In this document: positions 1-9,643 of the stretch, in pieces | How the letters are laid out: each line of letters starts with the position of its first letter | How positions within the stretch are numbered: the stretch's first letter is position 1 | DNA from: an uncultured Porphyromonadaceae bacterium | GTDB lineage: Bacteria; Bacteroidota; Bacteroidia; Bacteroidales; UBA12481 | Length of the DNA stretch: 64,000 nucleotides | Assembly (NCBI GenBank): GCA_964512915.1 | Contig: CAZEKJ010000007.1 | Location: 15,572 to 79,571, forward strand | Direction: 5' to 3' | Translations under genes and position numbers: made by a program | The notes under the pieces: generated by a model | The model's database searches: none | What the model saw: the letters and a program-made list of their open reading frames with translations, nothing else | What the model was told of the DNA's origin: nothing

Positions 1-1
1 C

Positions 2-1831
2 GATTACGGCATTAGGGCCGAACTCACGGCAACGACACGGGTGGGTATTCATCGGTATACATTTCCGGCAGCCGGACCGGCCCACATCATCCTCGACCTG
101 ATGTCGGGGATTTATAATTATCCCGATAAAAATGTCTGGACCTTTCTGAGGGTTGAAAACGACACCCTGGTTACCGGCTATCGCCAGACCAACGGCTGGG
201 CCCGTACCCGTACGGTCTATTTTGCCATGACCTTTTCCAAACCGATCAGCCATTACGGGCAGCGGAAATATGACCAGGCCGTATACCGCGGTTTCTGGAG
301 GAAGTTTGATGAAACAAAGGATTTCCCCGAGATGGCCGGGCGGCAGATCCGAACCTGGTTTGATTTCGATGTGAAAGCCGGTGAATCGGTGATGGTAAAA
401 TTTGCCCTGTCGCCGGTCAGCACGGTTGGCGCCGTCAAGAACCTGCAGGCCGAAGCACCCGGCTGGGATTTCACTGCCATGCGGAAGCAGGGTCAGGAAT
501 CCTGGAACCGGGAGCTTGGGAAAATCCAGGTGGAAACGATGAACGAAGAGCACAAAAGGGTTTTCTATACCGCTCTGTATCATGCCTTTCTCAGTCCGGC
601 CACCTTTATGGACGTCGACGGAATGTACCGCGGCCTCGATCAGAACGATCATCAGGCTAAAGGATTTACCAACTATACCGTATTCTCGTTGTGGGATACC
701 TATCGGGCTTTGCATCCTCTCTTTAACGTGATCCAGCCGAAGCGGAATGCCGACATGGTGAAATCCATGATGGCCCATTACGATCAGAGCGTGCACAAGA
801 TGCTGCCGGTGTGGTCGCATTACGGAAACGAGAACTGGTGCATGATCGGGTACCATGCGGTTCCTGTTCTGGCTGACGCATACCTCAAGGGAAATCTCGA
901 TATGGATCCCGCACAATTGCTTGAGGCTATGGTTACCACGGCTTCCAATGGCCGTTACGACGGGCTTGAATATTATATGAAAATGGGCTATGTGCCTGAA
1001 GACAAGAACGGTTCGTCTGTTTCAAAGACACTGGAATATGCGTATGACGACTGGTGCATTGCGGAATTTGCAAAAAAAACGGGAAATCAGAAGGTTTATG
1101 AGCAATTCCTGAAACGCTCGGAGAACTATCGGAACGTCTATGACCCGGCGATCGGGTATATGCGGCCGAAACTTTCCGATGGAACCTGGAAGCCGGAATT
1201 CAATACGCTATCGACTCATGACCAGGGATTTATCGAGGGAAATGCCTGGAATTACAGCTTATATGTACCCCATCAGGTGGATCAGATGATACAGCTGATG
1301 GGCGGGCCCAAACCCTTTATCCGTCATCTGGATTCTCTTTTTACGATGAAGCTCGATGACTCCTTCTTTGCGCAGACAGAGGATATTACCCGTGACGGTT
1401 TGATCGGCAATTATGTCCATGGCAATGAACCCGGCCACCATATTCCTTACCTGTACAACTGGGCCGGGGCACCGCAGAAAACGCAGGAGCGGGTGCGGAT
1501 GATCATGGAAACCATGTATCACGATGCGCCCGACGGACTTTGCGGCAACGATGATGCGGGCCAGATGTCGGCCTGGTATATTTTCAGCGCCCTGGGATTC
1601 TACCCGGTTTGCCCGGGATCCGATCAGTATGCCATCGGGAGTCCGCTGGTAAAATCGGCCACGCTGACGCTGGAAAACGGAAAGACGCTCACGATAGAAA
1701 CCATCAACCAGTCGCCTGATTATGTTCATGTTAAGAAGGTTCTGGTTAACGGCACCGAGATCAAGCGGAATTACCTGACTCATGGGGAGGTGGCGGGGGG
1801 TGGGAGGATTACGTTTGTTATGCAGAAGTAA
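2..1831 (+). CDS. Glycoside hydrolase family 92 alpha-mannosidase (5' end cut by window edge)
   Basis: Frame open from nt 2 (AELTATTRVGIHRYTF). GH92-type motifs GNEPGHHIPYLYNW and CGNDDAGQMSAWYIF. Stop TAA at 1829-1831. Confidence 0.9.
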   Translation, partial: DYGIRAELTATTRVGIHRYTFPAAGPAHIILDLMSGIYNYPDKNVWTFLRVENDTLVTGYRQTNGWARTRTVYFAMTFSKPISHYGQRKYDQAVYRGFWRKFDETKDFPEMAGRQIRTWFDFDVKAGESVMVKFALSPVSTVGAVKNLQAEAPGWDFTAMRKQGQESWNRELGKIQVETMNEEHKRVFYTALYHAFLSPATFMDVDGMYRGLDQNDHQAKGFTNYTVFSLWDTYRALHPLFNVIQPKRNADMVKSMMAHYDQSVHKMLPVWSHYGNENWCMIGYHAVPVLADAYLKGNLDMDPAQLLEAMVTTASNGRYDGLEYYMKMGYVPEDKNGSSVSKTLEYAYDDWCIAEFAKKTGNQKVYEQFLKRSENYRNVYDPAIGYMRPKLSDGTWKPEFNTLSTHDQGFIEGNAWNYSLYVPHQVDQMIQLMGGPKPFIRHLDSLFTMKLDDSFFAQTEDITRDGLIGNYVHGNEPGHHIPYLYNWAGAPQKTQERVRMIMETMYHDAPDGLCGNDDAGQMSAWYIFSALGFYPVCPGSDQYAIGSPLVKSATLTLENGKTLTIETINQSPDYVHVKKVLVNGTEIKRNYLTHGEVAGGGRITFVMQK

Positions 1832-2030
1832 CAGGCCTCCCTGCGGTCGGCTAAGAGGCTCCGCTTCGCTCCGCTAACAGGGGCTAAAGCCCTAACAGGC
1901 CATAGCGTTAATGCATTATTAGCGCGAAGCGCCTGTTCCCGTAGCGAAGCGGAGCCTTTTAGCGAGGCGTAAGCCGAGCCTCTTAGCCGAGCGCAGCGAG
2001 GCTTGTTAGCGAGCGCAGCGAGCCTGTTAC
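1832..2030. repeat. Imperfect palindrome of about 200 bp built from about 22-nt units (approx. TTAGCCGAGCGCAGCGAGGCC)
   Basis: The left half carries the units inverted (AGGCCTCCCTGCGGTCGGCTAAG...) and the right half carries them direct. Flush with the GH92 stop (1829-1831) and the radical SAM stop (2031-2033). Confidence 0.8.
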
Positions 2031-2912
2031 TTAGAATAATCGCAGCTGCTCCTCACTCCCCCCCCGATGTTCTCTGGCCGGAGCCACGTACACCTCCCAC
2101 GGCCCGAACTCTGCCTGCAAGGACCGGATCAGCGGGCGAAGGGTGGATTTGTAGGATTCATCTGCGTTGGCGCCGGTATACAATCTTGAAATATCGGGAT
2201 AGATCCCGGGCAATTCCTGCCGGATCATTTTCATAAAGGGTTCACGTGTGCTGCCGCGCAAATGCAGGGTACCGGTTTCAACAAAGTTCACGCGGGCGGA
2301 TCGGGCACTTTCGAAGATCCCTCTCAGGTTTTCAGGAGAATCCGTGAGAAAGGGAATAAGCGGCATGACCAGCACGCCGGTACGGCAGCCGATATCCCGG
2401 AATGCGGGCAGCATAGCCAGCCGCTGTGCCGTTGGGGCGGAATCAGGCTCCGTCTTTTTCCGGATGGATTCATCCAGGATGGAAACCGATATGATCACTG
2501 AAACCGGAGCAACCAAGGCTAGCTCACGGATAAGTTCAAGGTCGCGCAGGGGAAGTATGGATTTGGTTACAATGGTCAGCGGATTCCTGTGCCGGATAAA
2601 GGTTCGGATCACATCCGGCATCAGTCGGTATTGCTCTTCAGCCGGCTGGTAGGCATCGGTAACCCCGCCCACATTTACAGGTTCATGGGTCCAGCCTCGC
2701 TTCGACATTTCACGGTCGAGCGGCTCCACAATGTTGGTCTTGACGTAAATATCCCGGAAGAAATCAGCGTCCTCGAGGTACCGGTGCGAATATCGGGCAA
2801 AACAGTATGTGCAACCATGCCCGCAACCCCTGTAGATATTTACATCCCAGTTGGTTGCAAAAGTGTTCTCATGAAAATGCAGGGCCGATTTGGCCTGTAC
2901 CTCTTTGATCAT
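2031..2912 (-). CDS. Radical SAM protein, SplB/COG1533-like (DNA repair photolyase-like family)
   Basis: 293-aa ORF with the CxxxCxxC cluster motif in NIYRGCGHGCTYCFARYS. Layout matches the PA0069/SplB-like radical SAM family. Confidence 0.75.
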   Translation of the reverse strand: MIKEVQAKSALHFHENTFATNWDVNIYRGCGHGCTYCFARYSHRYLEDADFFRDIYVKTNIVEPLDREMSKRGWTHEPVNVGGVTDAYQPAEEQYRLMPDVIRTFIRHRNPLTIVTKSILPLRDLELIRELALVAPVSVIISVSILDESIRKKTEPDSAPTAQRLAMLPAFRDIGCRTGVLVMPLIPFLTDSPENLRGIFESARSARVNFVETGTLHLRGSTREPFMKMIRQELPGIYPDISRLYTGANADESYKSTLRPLIRSLQAEFGPWEVYVAPAREHRGGSEEQLRLF

Positions 2913-3018
2913 TAACTGAGCATTGTAAGGATCAAAAGATAATCATTTTTATTTTCGAAAGGGTACGGGATAAGTGGGATTTGTCTTATTGAATCCGTCC
3001 AGCCTAAATCGAGTTTCC

Positions 3019-3108
3019 TAATTAGCGCGAAGTGCCAATTAGCCGACCGCAGGGAGGCCATTTAGCCGAGCGCAGCGAGGCCAATTAGCGACCGCAGGGA
3101 GCCAATTA
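3019..3108. repeat. Tandem array, about 4 units of AATTAGCCGACCGCAGGGAGGCC-type 21-23-mers
   Basis: Units read at 3019, 3037, 3060 and 3083. The last partial unit AATTA supplies the TAA stop (3106-3108) of the minus-strand gene. Confidence 0.85.
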
Positions 3109-4842
3109 CTTATTCTGGCAAAACTGCAACATCCGCTGATAATAATTCTCCGGCGGCGGGCCACCCTCGTGAAGGGTCCTGACACCAGCCTCCTTGCAGG
3201 TGGCATTGAAAGATTCCAGAATGTCCTTCATCTCGGTCCGCAATTCATAACCGGAATCTGTTTTCATAAACCATCCGCGCCTGGAATATTTCTGATACAG
3301 TCCGATCTCCATCGTGGCATACTGAATGGGGAGTTCATAGGTTTTCACATGAAGCAGATAAGCCGGCTGATTTTTCACGGCTTCTTTAGCCTGGCGGAAA
3401 TAGCCGAAATATCTTTTGAAATTGCCCTCCGACAAAAAAGTATACTGATGAGCGGTAGGATGACCATAAATACCAAGATCCTCGCGGGTTTTCGCAATTT
3501 CGCCCTGGAGGGTATCGAGATAGGTCTGGATAAAAGGAGCCGCCGGACCGAAATATCCCTTCATGAAATCAGTGGTAAGGGAATCCGTATTTACCTCCGG
3601 ATTCCAAAGCAGGCGTGAAAGCAGATAAAATTTCAGCTCGGAGAATTCATGCCCCACATCCGCGTTGGCCTGCTGGAAATGCTCGAACACGTTGTTTTTC
3701 ACAAACAGCTGTATATTAGGCTGGAGCACATGCATGTTGGGAAACGGGGTTACGTGGTGGGCGAAATTCACGGTGTAGTCCCACAGGTATATACGTTTTG
3801 TGATCTTACCCCAGTCGACAATATCCTTCAGGAAAGAGGTGCTGCGGTAATCTTCTGCAATCGGCTCACTCCGGTTCATCTCGATGGTGCAGAGCATGAT
3901 CTGCACGTTTTCCTCGGGTCTGGTCTTTAACGGCGCCGAACGGCTGAACTGATAGGCCAGGGTTGAGATGACCTTATCCGGAAACATCCGCGCCACTTCG
4001 TTCACGAAGCGGATAACCGGTCCCGACCCACTCCCCTCCTCAGCGATGATTTCTTTACACTTATCACACTGGCAGCAGGCATTGTAGTCGTTCTGACTAA
4101 CCGACCAAATCAGTTTGTCGGGCTGTGCATCCATCGCCAATTTCAAATTTGCCGTCATGATCCTCAGCACTTCCGGATGAGATAAACAGGGCTGTTCAGG
4201 AATACGCTTCCCGTCAACCAGGGCAAAATACTCCGGATGGGTGGTAAAATAATCCTGCGGCGGGAAAAACTGATTCATCGTATGAACATAATATCCAACG
4301 GGAAAATCATCAAACATGAGATCGGCACGATGCCAGTCCTGGAAATCCGGATCTTCGGTAAACCGGCTGAACACATTCCGGTAAACGTTCACCGGTTGAT
4401 CCGAAAAAGATTGCTCAGGCAGTCGGATGGTTTTCTTCTCAGGCACCACTTCGAACCCTGGTGCATACATCCGGCAACCGAGTTGCCTTTCCAGAATCTC
4501 GATCACCCCGTAAATGCAGCCCTTGTGACTACCTCCGAGGATCGCCAAGCGGTTCCCTTCAGTTTTCAGCGAAAAGCCATCCTTATTGGTGATCCCGGCA
4601 TCGGTATGAATAACCACCACCTTTTCAGGCAAGGCATCCAGACCCTCAACAATAGGAATCTCTGCCCCGCTGATTTTCTTAACGTACGATTGCAGAAACC
4701 ATGCCGCCCTTTCCTCCTGGGCCGTCGGCTTATCCGGAATGTGTATACGGTATTCCGATTTACCTCCACCGGTCAGCCTGATCCCAGTCTCACCACTACA
4801 GCCTGCGAGAAGAATCGCTAAAAAAATTCCAAGGTTTTTCAT
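3106..4842 (-). CDS. DUF4838-type lipoprotein (glycoside-hydrolase-like), short paralog
   Basis: The internal ATG at 4842 gives the lipoprotein signal MKNLGIFLAILLAGCSG. The longer ORF start at 5034 overlaps the neighbouring gene. About three quarters identical by eye to the gene at 5731-7947. Confidence 0.8.
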   Translation of the reverse strand: MKNLGIFLAILLAGCSGETGIRLTGGGKSEYRIHIPDKPTAQEERAAWFLQSYVKKISGAEIPIVEGLDALPEKVVVIHTDAGITNKDGFSLKTEGNRLAILGGSHKGCIYGVIEILERQLGCRMYAPGFEVVPEKKTIRLPEQSFSDQPVNVYRNVFSRFTEDPDFQDWHRADLMFDDFPVGYYVHTMNQFFPPQDYFTTHPEYFALVDGKRIPEQPCLSHPEVLRIMTANLKLAMDAQPDKLIWSVSQNDYNACCQCDKCKEIIAEEGSGSGPVIRFVNEVARMFPDKVISTLAYQFSRSAPLKTRPEENVQIMLCTIEMNRSEPIAEDYRSTSFLKDIVDWGKITKRIYLWDYTVNFAHHVTPFPNMHVLQPNIQLFVKNNVFEHFQQANADVGHEFSELKFYLLSRLLWNPEVNTDSLTTDFMKGYFGPAAPFIQTYLDTLQGEIAKTREDLGIYGHPTAHQYTFLSEGNFKRYFGYFRQAKEAVKNQPAYLLHVKTYELPIQYATMEIGLYQKYSRRGWFMKTDSGYELRTEMKDILESFNATCKEAGVRTLHEGGPPPENYYQRMLQFCQNK

Positions 4843-4859
4843 GCTGAAATGACAATTAA

Positions 4860-5669
4860 TTACGATAATCTCTCTCTGAGTTTTGCCGTGTGCCGGTTCG
4901 AAAGATTGGTGATCCAGCGAAGCAGAAACATCGGGCCCATTTTCCGGTTCTCTGCTGCTACCTGCCGGCTCACGGCATCGTAGGATGCATGAACTCCGTG
5001 GTCTTGCAGAACAATACCGGAAAAACATGCACAATCAGTCCTGCCATCCCAATCAATTGATGGAGTATTCGTCTGCGAGACGATGCCTTTAGCAACCGCA
5101 ACCTGATAGGTTAGCTTGTCCATCGTGACATCGCAGGCAACCCATTTCCCGTCCAGGTAGCACTCGCACCAGGGATGGATCGTGATGATCTCCGGCAGCT
5201 TTTTATAAAGCATATTGCTCACGATCCCTTTCAATGAACTCCTGTTTAGGGAAACCTGATGATAACGCGCCGGGATGCCCACGGAACGAGCCATGGCAAC
5301 CATCAGGTTATTCTTGGTAATGCACCAACCCAGCCTGGAACTAAGTGTGGCTGAAGCTTTCTCATCCGCCTCTGATAAACCGAACAGGCATTCATCCCGT
5401 ACAAAATAAAAAAGCTTGACAGCTGCTTCTCTTGGCGATTGGCAATTCTCAGTCAATTGAGCCGCTTTTTTTGAAATTTCAGGATTTTCGCTGTCGCATA
5501 AATCGGTAGGACTGACATAAGCCTGAAGTTCTGCCGGATAGGAGAATTTTTTTGTTTTTTGCAGTGCGGTTGCACTCGTTTGGGCAATCGATACAATGGG
5601 AGCAAGAAATGCGCAGGTCACTATGGCGGTAATAAAACCACCAGACAAGAAGGTCCGCCGGGAATTCAT
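4860..5669 (-). CDS. Transglutaminase-like cysteine peptidase superfamily protein with TAT-like signal
   Basis: N-terminal SRRTFLSGG motif. Transglutaminase-core-like GWCITKNNLMVAMARSVGIPARY, with later His and Asp candidates. Confidence 0.65.
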   Translation of the reverse strand: MNSRRTFLSGGFITAIVTCAFLAPIVSIAQTSATALQKTKKFSYPAELQAYVSPTDLCDSENPEISKKAAQLTENCQSPREAAVKLFYFVRDECLFGLSEADEKASATLSSRLGWCITKNNLMVAMARSVGIPARYHQVSLNRSSLKGIVSNMLYKKLPEIITIHPWCECYLDGKWVACDVTMDKLTYQVAVAKGIVSQTNTPSIDWDGRTDCACFSGIVLQDHGVHASYDAVSRQVAAENRKMGPMFLLRWITNLSNRHTAKLRERLS

Positions 5670-5730
5670 AGACTTAGTTTTAGGGTTTTACCCTTCTAAG
5701 CTAAAAAAGCTTTGTTTAAAAACCAACTAT

Positions 5731-7947
5731 TTATCTGACAATCAGCTCATCCAGAAACACCCACGATGCCCCGCCCGCGCTGGGGTGCCATTTTGGGTTT
5801 TTCATGGTTCCCGAGATCTTGAATTTTACATATCTCAACGGCCTTTTCGCCGGCTTGAATTGATAGACTCGGGTCACCTCTTCCTTCTTTTGATCAAAAC
5901 CTGGCGAAGAAGTACCAATAGATAGGTAATTATTACCGTCAGAGGATATCTGGCAATTAACGGATGCCGGATGAAATATCCAGCTTTTAGGATCATAAAG
6001 TGAACTCACCTGGATGGTATCCGGATTTTGAACCGAACCCAGATCAAGGGTTATCGAAAAGTCTTTTGCCTCCCATCCCAGCCAGTGGACCTTATAATCG
6101 CTTGCGCCGCGGACACCGTTGGTCAGGTAATTAATATCCCCGGATGAGTATTTATCAGAGGGCATTGGCTCAGCAGTCACTTTCTGATGAAAAGCCAGGT
6201 TTCCCTCGATTTTCAGATCAATAAACCGGAGTGTCGACTGGTAGTAGTTCTCCGGGGTCAGGCCCGCCTCGCTCAAAGTTCTCACGCCAGCCTCCTTGCA
6301 GGTGGTATAGAAGTCCTCCAGCATCTCCCTCATCGTCAATCGTATATCGTAATTCGTCCCTTCCTGCGTGAACCAGCCGCGTGAGGAGAACATCTGGTTT
6401 TTTCCGATTTCCATGGCTGCATACTGAACCGGAAGTTCATAGGTTTTAACATGCAGGAGATAGTCGGGCTGATCCTTTACCAAATCCCGTGCCTGCCTGA
6501 AGTACTCGAGATATCGGGCTACATTGGATTCAGACAGAAAGGTATTCTGATGTGCGGTGGGATGTCCGTAAATATCGAGCCACTCCTTCGTTTTGTAAAT
6601 CTCACCCTGAAGGGTATCAAGGTAGGTGCGGACAAAGGGTGCGGCCGGACCGAAATATCCGTTCATGAAATCGGTGATGATGGAATCGGCATTACTATCG
6701 GGATTCCAGAGCAGCCGGGAAATCAGGTAGGATTTCAGCTCGGAAAACTCATGGCCTACATCCGTATTACTCTGCTGGAAATGCTCGGAAACATTGTTCT
6801 TCACGAACAGCTGGATATTTGGCTGCAGCACGTGCATATTGGGAAACGGGGTGGTATGGTGGGAGAAATTCACCGTATAATCCCACAGGTAGATGTGCTT
6901 CGAGATCTTGCCCCAGTCTACAATATCCTTCAGGAACGATGCGCTCCTCGGATCCTCGGCAATCGGCTGGCTGCGGTTAAGCTCGATGGTGCAGAGCATG
7001 ATCTGAACGTTCGGTTCGGGTTTGGTCAGTTTCGGGGCCTGGCGGCTGTACTGGTAGGCCAGGGTGGAAATAACCTTATCGGGGAAGGCTTTGGCCACCT
7101 CATTGACAAACCGGATCACCGGACCGGCCGGACTGCCTTCCTCTTCGATGATTTTCCTGCAGTCGTCGCACTGACAATAGGAGAAATTATCATTCTGGCT
7201 CACGGACCAAAGGATTTTATCGGGCTGCTTTGCCATCTCCTCCTTCAGTTTCGCCAGGGTTATCTTAAGAACCTCCGGATCTGAGGTGCAGATCTGATCA
7301 ATGATACGCTTGCCGTTCATCAGGGCATAATACTCAGGATGTTTCTGGAAATATTCCTGCCAGGGAACCAGGGTATTAAAGGTGTGTACATAATATCCCC
7401 TTGCAAAAAACTCATCATTAATATCGATCCGCTGCCAGTCCTGATAATCCGGATTCTCCGCCGACATTCTGCCATAGGCATTCCGGTAAGAATTTACAGG
7501 CTGGCCCGCAATGTACAAAGACGGAATCCGTATCGTCGGATTAGCTGGTACCACTTCGAAACCCGGCGCATACATCCGGCATCCGAGCTGTTTCTCCAGC
7601 AGTTCAATAACCCCGTAAATACACCCCTTATGGTTTCCTCCGAGAATAGTGAGGCGATCTCCGGTGGCGGTCACCGAAAATCCATCGGAATTTGTGATTC
7701 CTCCCCCAGTCTGGATTATCACCGATTTCTCAGGCAGATCGCTGAGCCCCTTAACCACGGGGATCTCCGCCCCGCTGATCTTTTTCACATACGTTTGTAA
7801 AAACCAGGCAGCCCGTTCCTCCTGAGCCGATGGCTGCTCCGGGATCCGTATCTGATACTCAGTTTTCCCCCCGGTGACTAACCTGATTCCGGAACCCCCG
7901 GTACAGCCCGCCAGGGCAATCAAAAGTACGACAAGAATATTTTTCAT
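5731..7947 (-). CDS. DUF4838-type lipoprotein with C-terminal F5/8 type C (discoidin/CBM32-like) domain
   Basis: The ATG at 7947 gives MKNILVVLLIALAGCTGG. Collinear with 3106-4842, plus a C-terminal extension of about 160 aa (NLAFHQKVTAEP...WVFLDELIV). Confidence 0.8.
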   Translation of the reverse strand: MKNILVVLLIALAGCTGGSGIRLVTGGKTEYQIRIPEQPSAQEERAAWFLQTYVKKISGAEIPVVKGLSDLPEKSVIIQTGGGITNSDGFSVTATGDRLTILGGNHKGCIYGVIELLEKQLGCRMYAPGFEVVPANPTIRIPSLYIAGQPVNSYRNAYGRMSAENPDYQDWQRIDINDEFFARGYYVHTFNTLVPWQEYFQKHPEYYALMNGKRIIDQICTSDPEVLKITLAKLKEEMAKQPDKILWSVSQNDNFSYCQCDDCRKIIEEEGSPAGPVIRFVNEVAKAFPDKVISTLAYQYSRQAPKLTKPEPNVQIMLCTIELNRSQPIAEDPRSASFLKDIVDWGKISKHIYLWDYTVNFSHHTTPFPNMHVLQPNIQLFVKNNVSEHFQQSNTDVGHEFSELKSYLISRLLWNPDSNADSIITDFMNGYFGPAAPFVRTYLDTLQGEIYKTKEWLDIYGHPTAHQNTFLSESNVARYLEYFRQARDLVKDQPDYLLHVKTYELPVQYAAMEIGKNQMFSSRGWFTQEGTNYDIRLTMREMLEDFYTTCKEAGVRTLSEAGLTPENYYQSTLRFIDLKIEGNLAFHQKVTAEPMPSDKYSSGDINYLTNGVRGASDYKVHWLGWEAKDFSITLDLGSVQNPDTIQVSSLYDPKSWIFHPASVNCQISSDGNNYLSIGTSSPGFDQKKEEVTRVYQFKPAKRPLRYVKFKISGTMKNPKWHPSAGGASWVFLDELIVR

Positions 7948-7962
7948 CTCTCTTATAATTAG

Positions 7963-8018
7963 CACATTATCACATTAGCACATTATCACATTGGCACATT
8001 GTCACATTGTCACATTGA
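7963..8018. repeat. (CACATTNN)x7 octamer array in a divergent promoter region
   Basis: Seven contiguous 8-nt units. Ends 16 nt upstream of the ATG at 7947. Confidence 0.9.
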
Positions 8019-8121
8019 GGGTTAATTCTTTAGGTAAAAATACCGAATCTGCGAATATGAGGGAACAGTATCTTTCGGGGTTGGGCAAATAGTTCTATAA
8101 CAAAACCTAAATCATAAAGCA

Positions 8122-9429
8122 ATGAAACTTAAAGGCGAGATCCTTCCTGGTTATATTTTCCCGAAAAAATACACTAACTACCTTTTTTCATTACTCTTCC
8201 TGCTTTACATGTTCGATTATATCGACAGGATGGTTGTGTCGGCATTGCTTCCCTATATCAAGGCTGAATTCGGGACCAGCGACACCAAGCTGGGGATGCT
8301 GATGTCGGCTGTATACCTTTCGATTGTCATTCTTACTTTTCCCATTTCCCTGATCATTGACCGTTGGAGCCGCAGGCGGACCATCGGAGTTATGGCGGCT
8401 CTCTGGAGTCTGGCCACAGCCGCTGCAGCCCTGACCAAAAGCTTCGGTGCCCTGGTGACCACCCGTACCTTCATCGGAATTGGAGAAGCAGGCTATGCAC
8501 CCGGTGGATCAGCCATGATCTCAGGCCTCTATCCGGAGGAAAAACGTTCCTGGATGATGGGTCTATGGAATGCGGCCATTCCGCTAGGAAGTGCGATCGG
8601 TGTTGCCGGTGGCGGATTTATAGCAGCCCATTGGGGATGGCGCAGCGCTTTTGGGATCGTTGCATTGCCCGGGCTCATCATCGCACTGCTGTTTTTTTTC
8701 AGCAAAGATTACAAGACTGTCAAGCTTATAAAAAACAAGAAAGACAGGGTGAAGGGTGAAAATATTGTCAAGATAAAAATGACCACTAAGGACATGATCC
8801 GGGAATTCTCGGAGAAGCCCTCCCTCCTTTTCACCTATTTTGGGATGATGATGGTGGTTTTTACAACCACCTCCCTGCTGTTCTGGCTGCCCAGTTATTT
8901 CAGCCGCGAATACGGGATTCCGGAATCTCAGTCGAGCACCAAGGCATCACTGGTGATGCTGCTGGCTATTGTCGGGGCTCCGCTGGGAGGCTGGATTGTT
9001 GACCGCTGGCGCCGGAAGAAGCTGAATGCCCGACTGGTATTTCCGGGCATCACCTCCGTAGTAGCTGCGTTAGCCTGTTTTCTGGCCTTCGGGGTGCTAA
9101 GGGATGGTATGCAATATATCGCTCTTCTGATTTTCGGGGTTACCGTAACCATGTTTATCCCTGCAGCGGGTGCCGTAACACAGGATCTGGTGCATCCCGG
9201 CCTTCGGGCTACCTCCTATGCCATTGCAGTCGTCATTCAGAATTCACTGGGTGCCATGCTCGGACCGGTTGTAATCGGAGCCATCTCCGAAGCCACCAGC
9301 CTGGGTACCGCTCTTACCATTATGCCGCTCTTTGTGCTGGGTGCCGGCGTGCTGTTCCTGATCGGATCCCTGTATTATAAAAAGGATATCGCGAAGGTTG
9401 ATAAAATAGAGCTGGAAGCGGGAGAATAG
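8122..9429 (+). CDS. MFS transporter
   Basis: 435 aa with about 12 hydrophobic segments. MFS signature-like DRWSRRRTIG loop after TM2. Confidence 0.8.
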   Translation: MKLKGEILPGYIFPKKYTNYLFSLLFLLYMFDYIDRMVVSALLPYIKAEFGTSDTKLGMLMSAVYLSIVILTFPISLIIDRWSRRRTIGVMAALWSLATAAAALTKSFGALVTTRTFIGIGEAGYAPGGSAMISGLYPEEKRSWMMGLWNAAIPLGSAIGVAGGGFIAAHWGWRSAFGIVALPGLIIALLFFFSKDYKTVKLIKNKKDRVKGENIVKIKMTTKDMIREFSEKPSLLFTYFGMMMVVFTTTSLLFWLPSYFSREYGIPESQSSTKASLVMLLAIVGAPLGGWIVDRWRRKKLNARLVFPGITSVVAALACFLAFGVLRDGMQYIALLIFGVTVTMFIPAAGAVTQDLVHPGLRATSYAIAVVIQNSLGAMLGPVVIGAISEATSLGTALTIMPLFVLGAGVLFLIGSLYYKKDIAKVDKIELEAGE

Positions 9430-9436
9430 GGCAACA

Positions 9437-9596
9437 GGCAGAAGGCAGAAGGCAAAAATTAGTCTTAAGTCCTTATGGCTTAAGAAACAAGTTTAAGTAA
9501 CAAGTTAGGGCAGTAGGGCCGCATATATGTGGCCTTTTCTGCCCTTTTACTTTTTTCCTATTACTAATTTCTGCCTTCTGCCTTCTGCCCTCTGCC
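9437..9596. repeat. GGCAGAA-armed palindromic element, subfamily A
   Basis: Left arm GGCAGAAGGCAGAAGGCAAAAATTAGT, right arm ACTAATTTCTGCCTTCTGCCTTCTGCCCTCTGCC. The core shares CTTAAGTCCTTA with the copy at 63151. Confidence 0.9.
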
Positions 9597-9643
9597 TTAT
9601 TTCAGGTCTTTTCCATACCTTAGGGCACACAAACCATCAAGCC

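Noticed and set aside
4843-5034. N-terminal extension of the DUF4838 ORF (start at 5034)
   Set aside because: It overlaps the 3' end of the transglutaminase-like gene. The internal ATG at 4842 yields a canonical lipoprotein signal.
9527-9643. Upstream extension of the solute-binding lipoprotein ORF (MWPFLPFYFFPITNFCLLPSALCL...)
   Set aside because: The extension is translated repeat arm. A canonical lipoprotein signal starts at the ATG at 9644.
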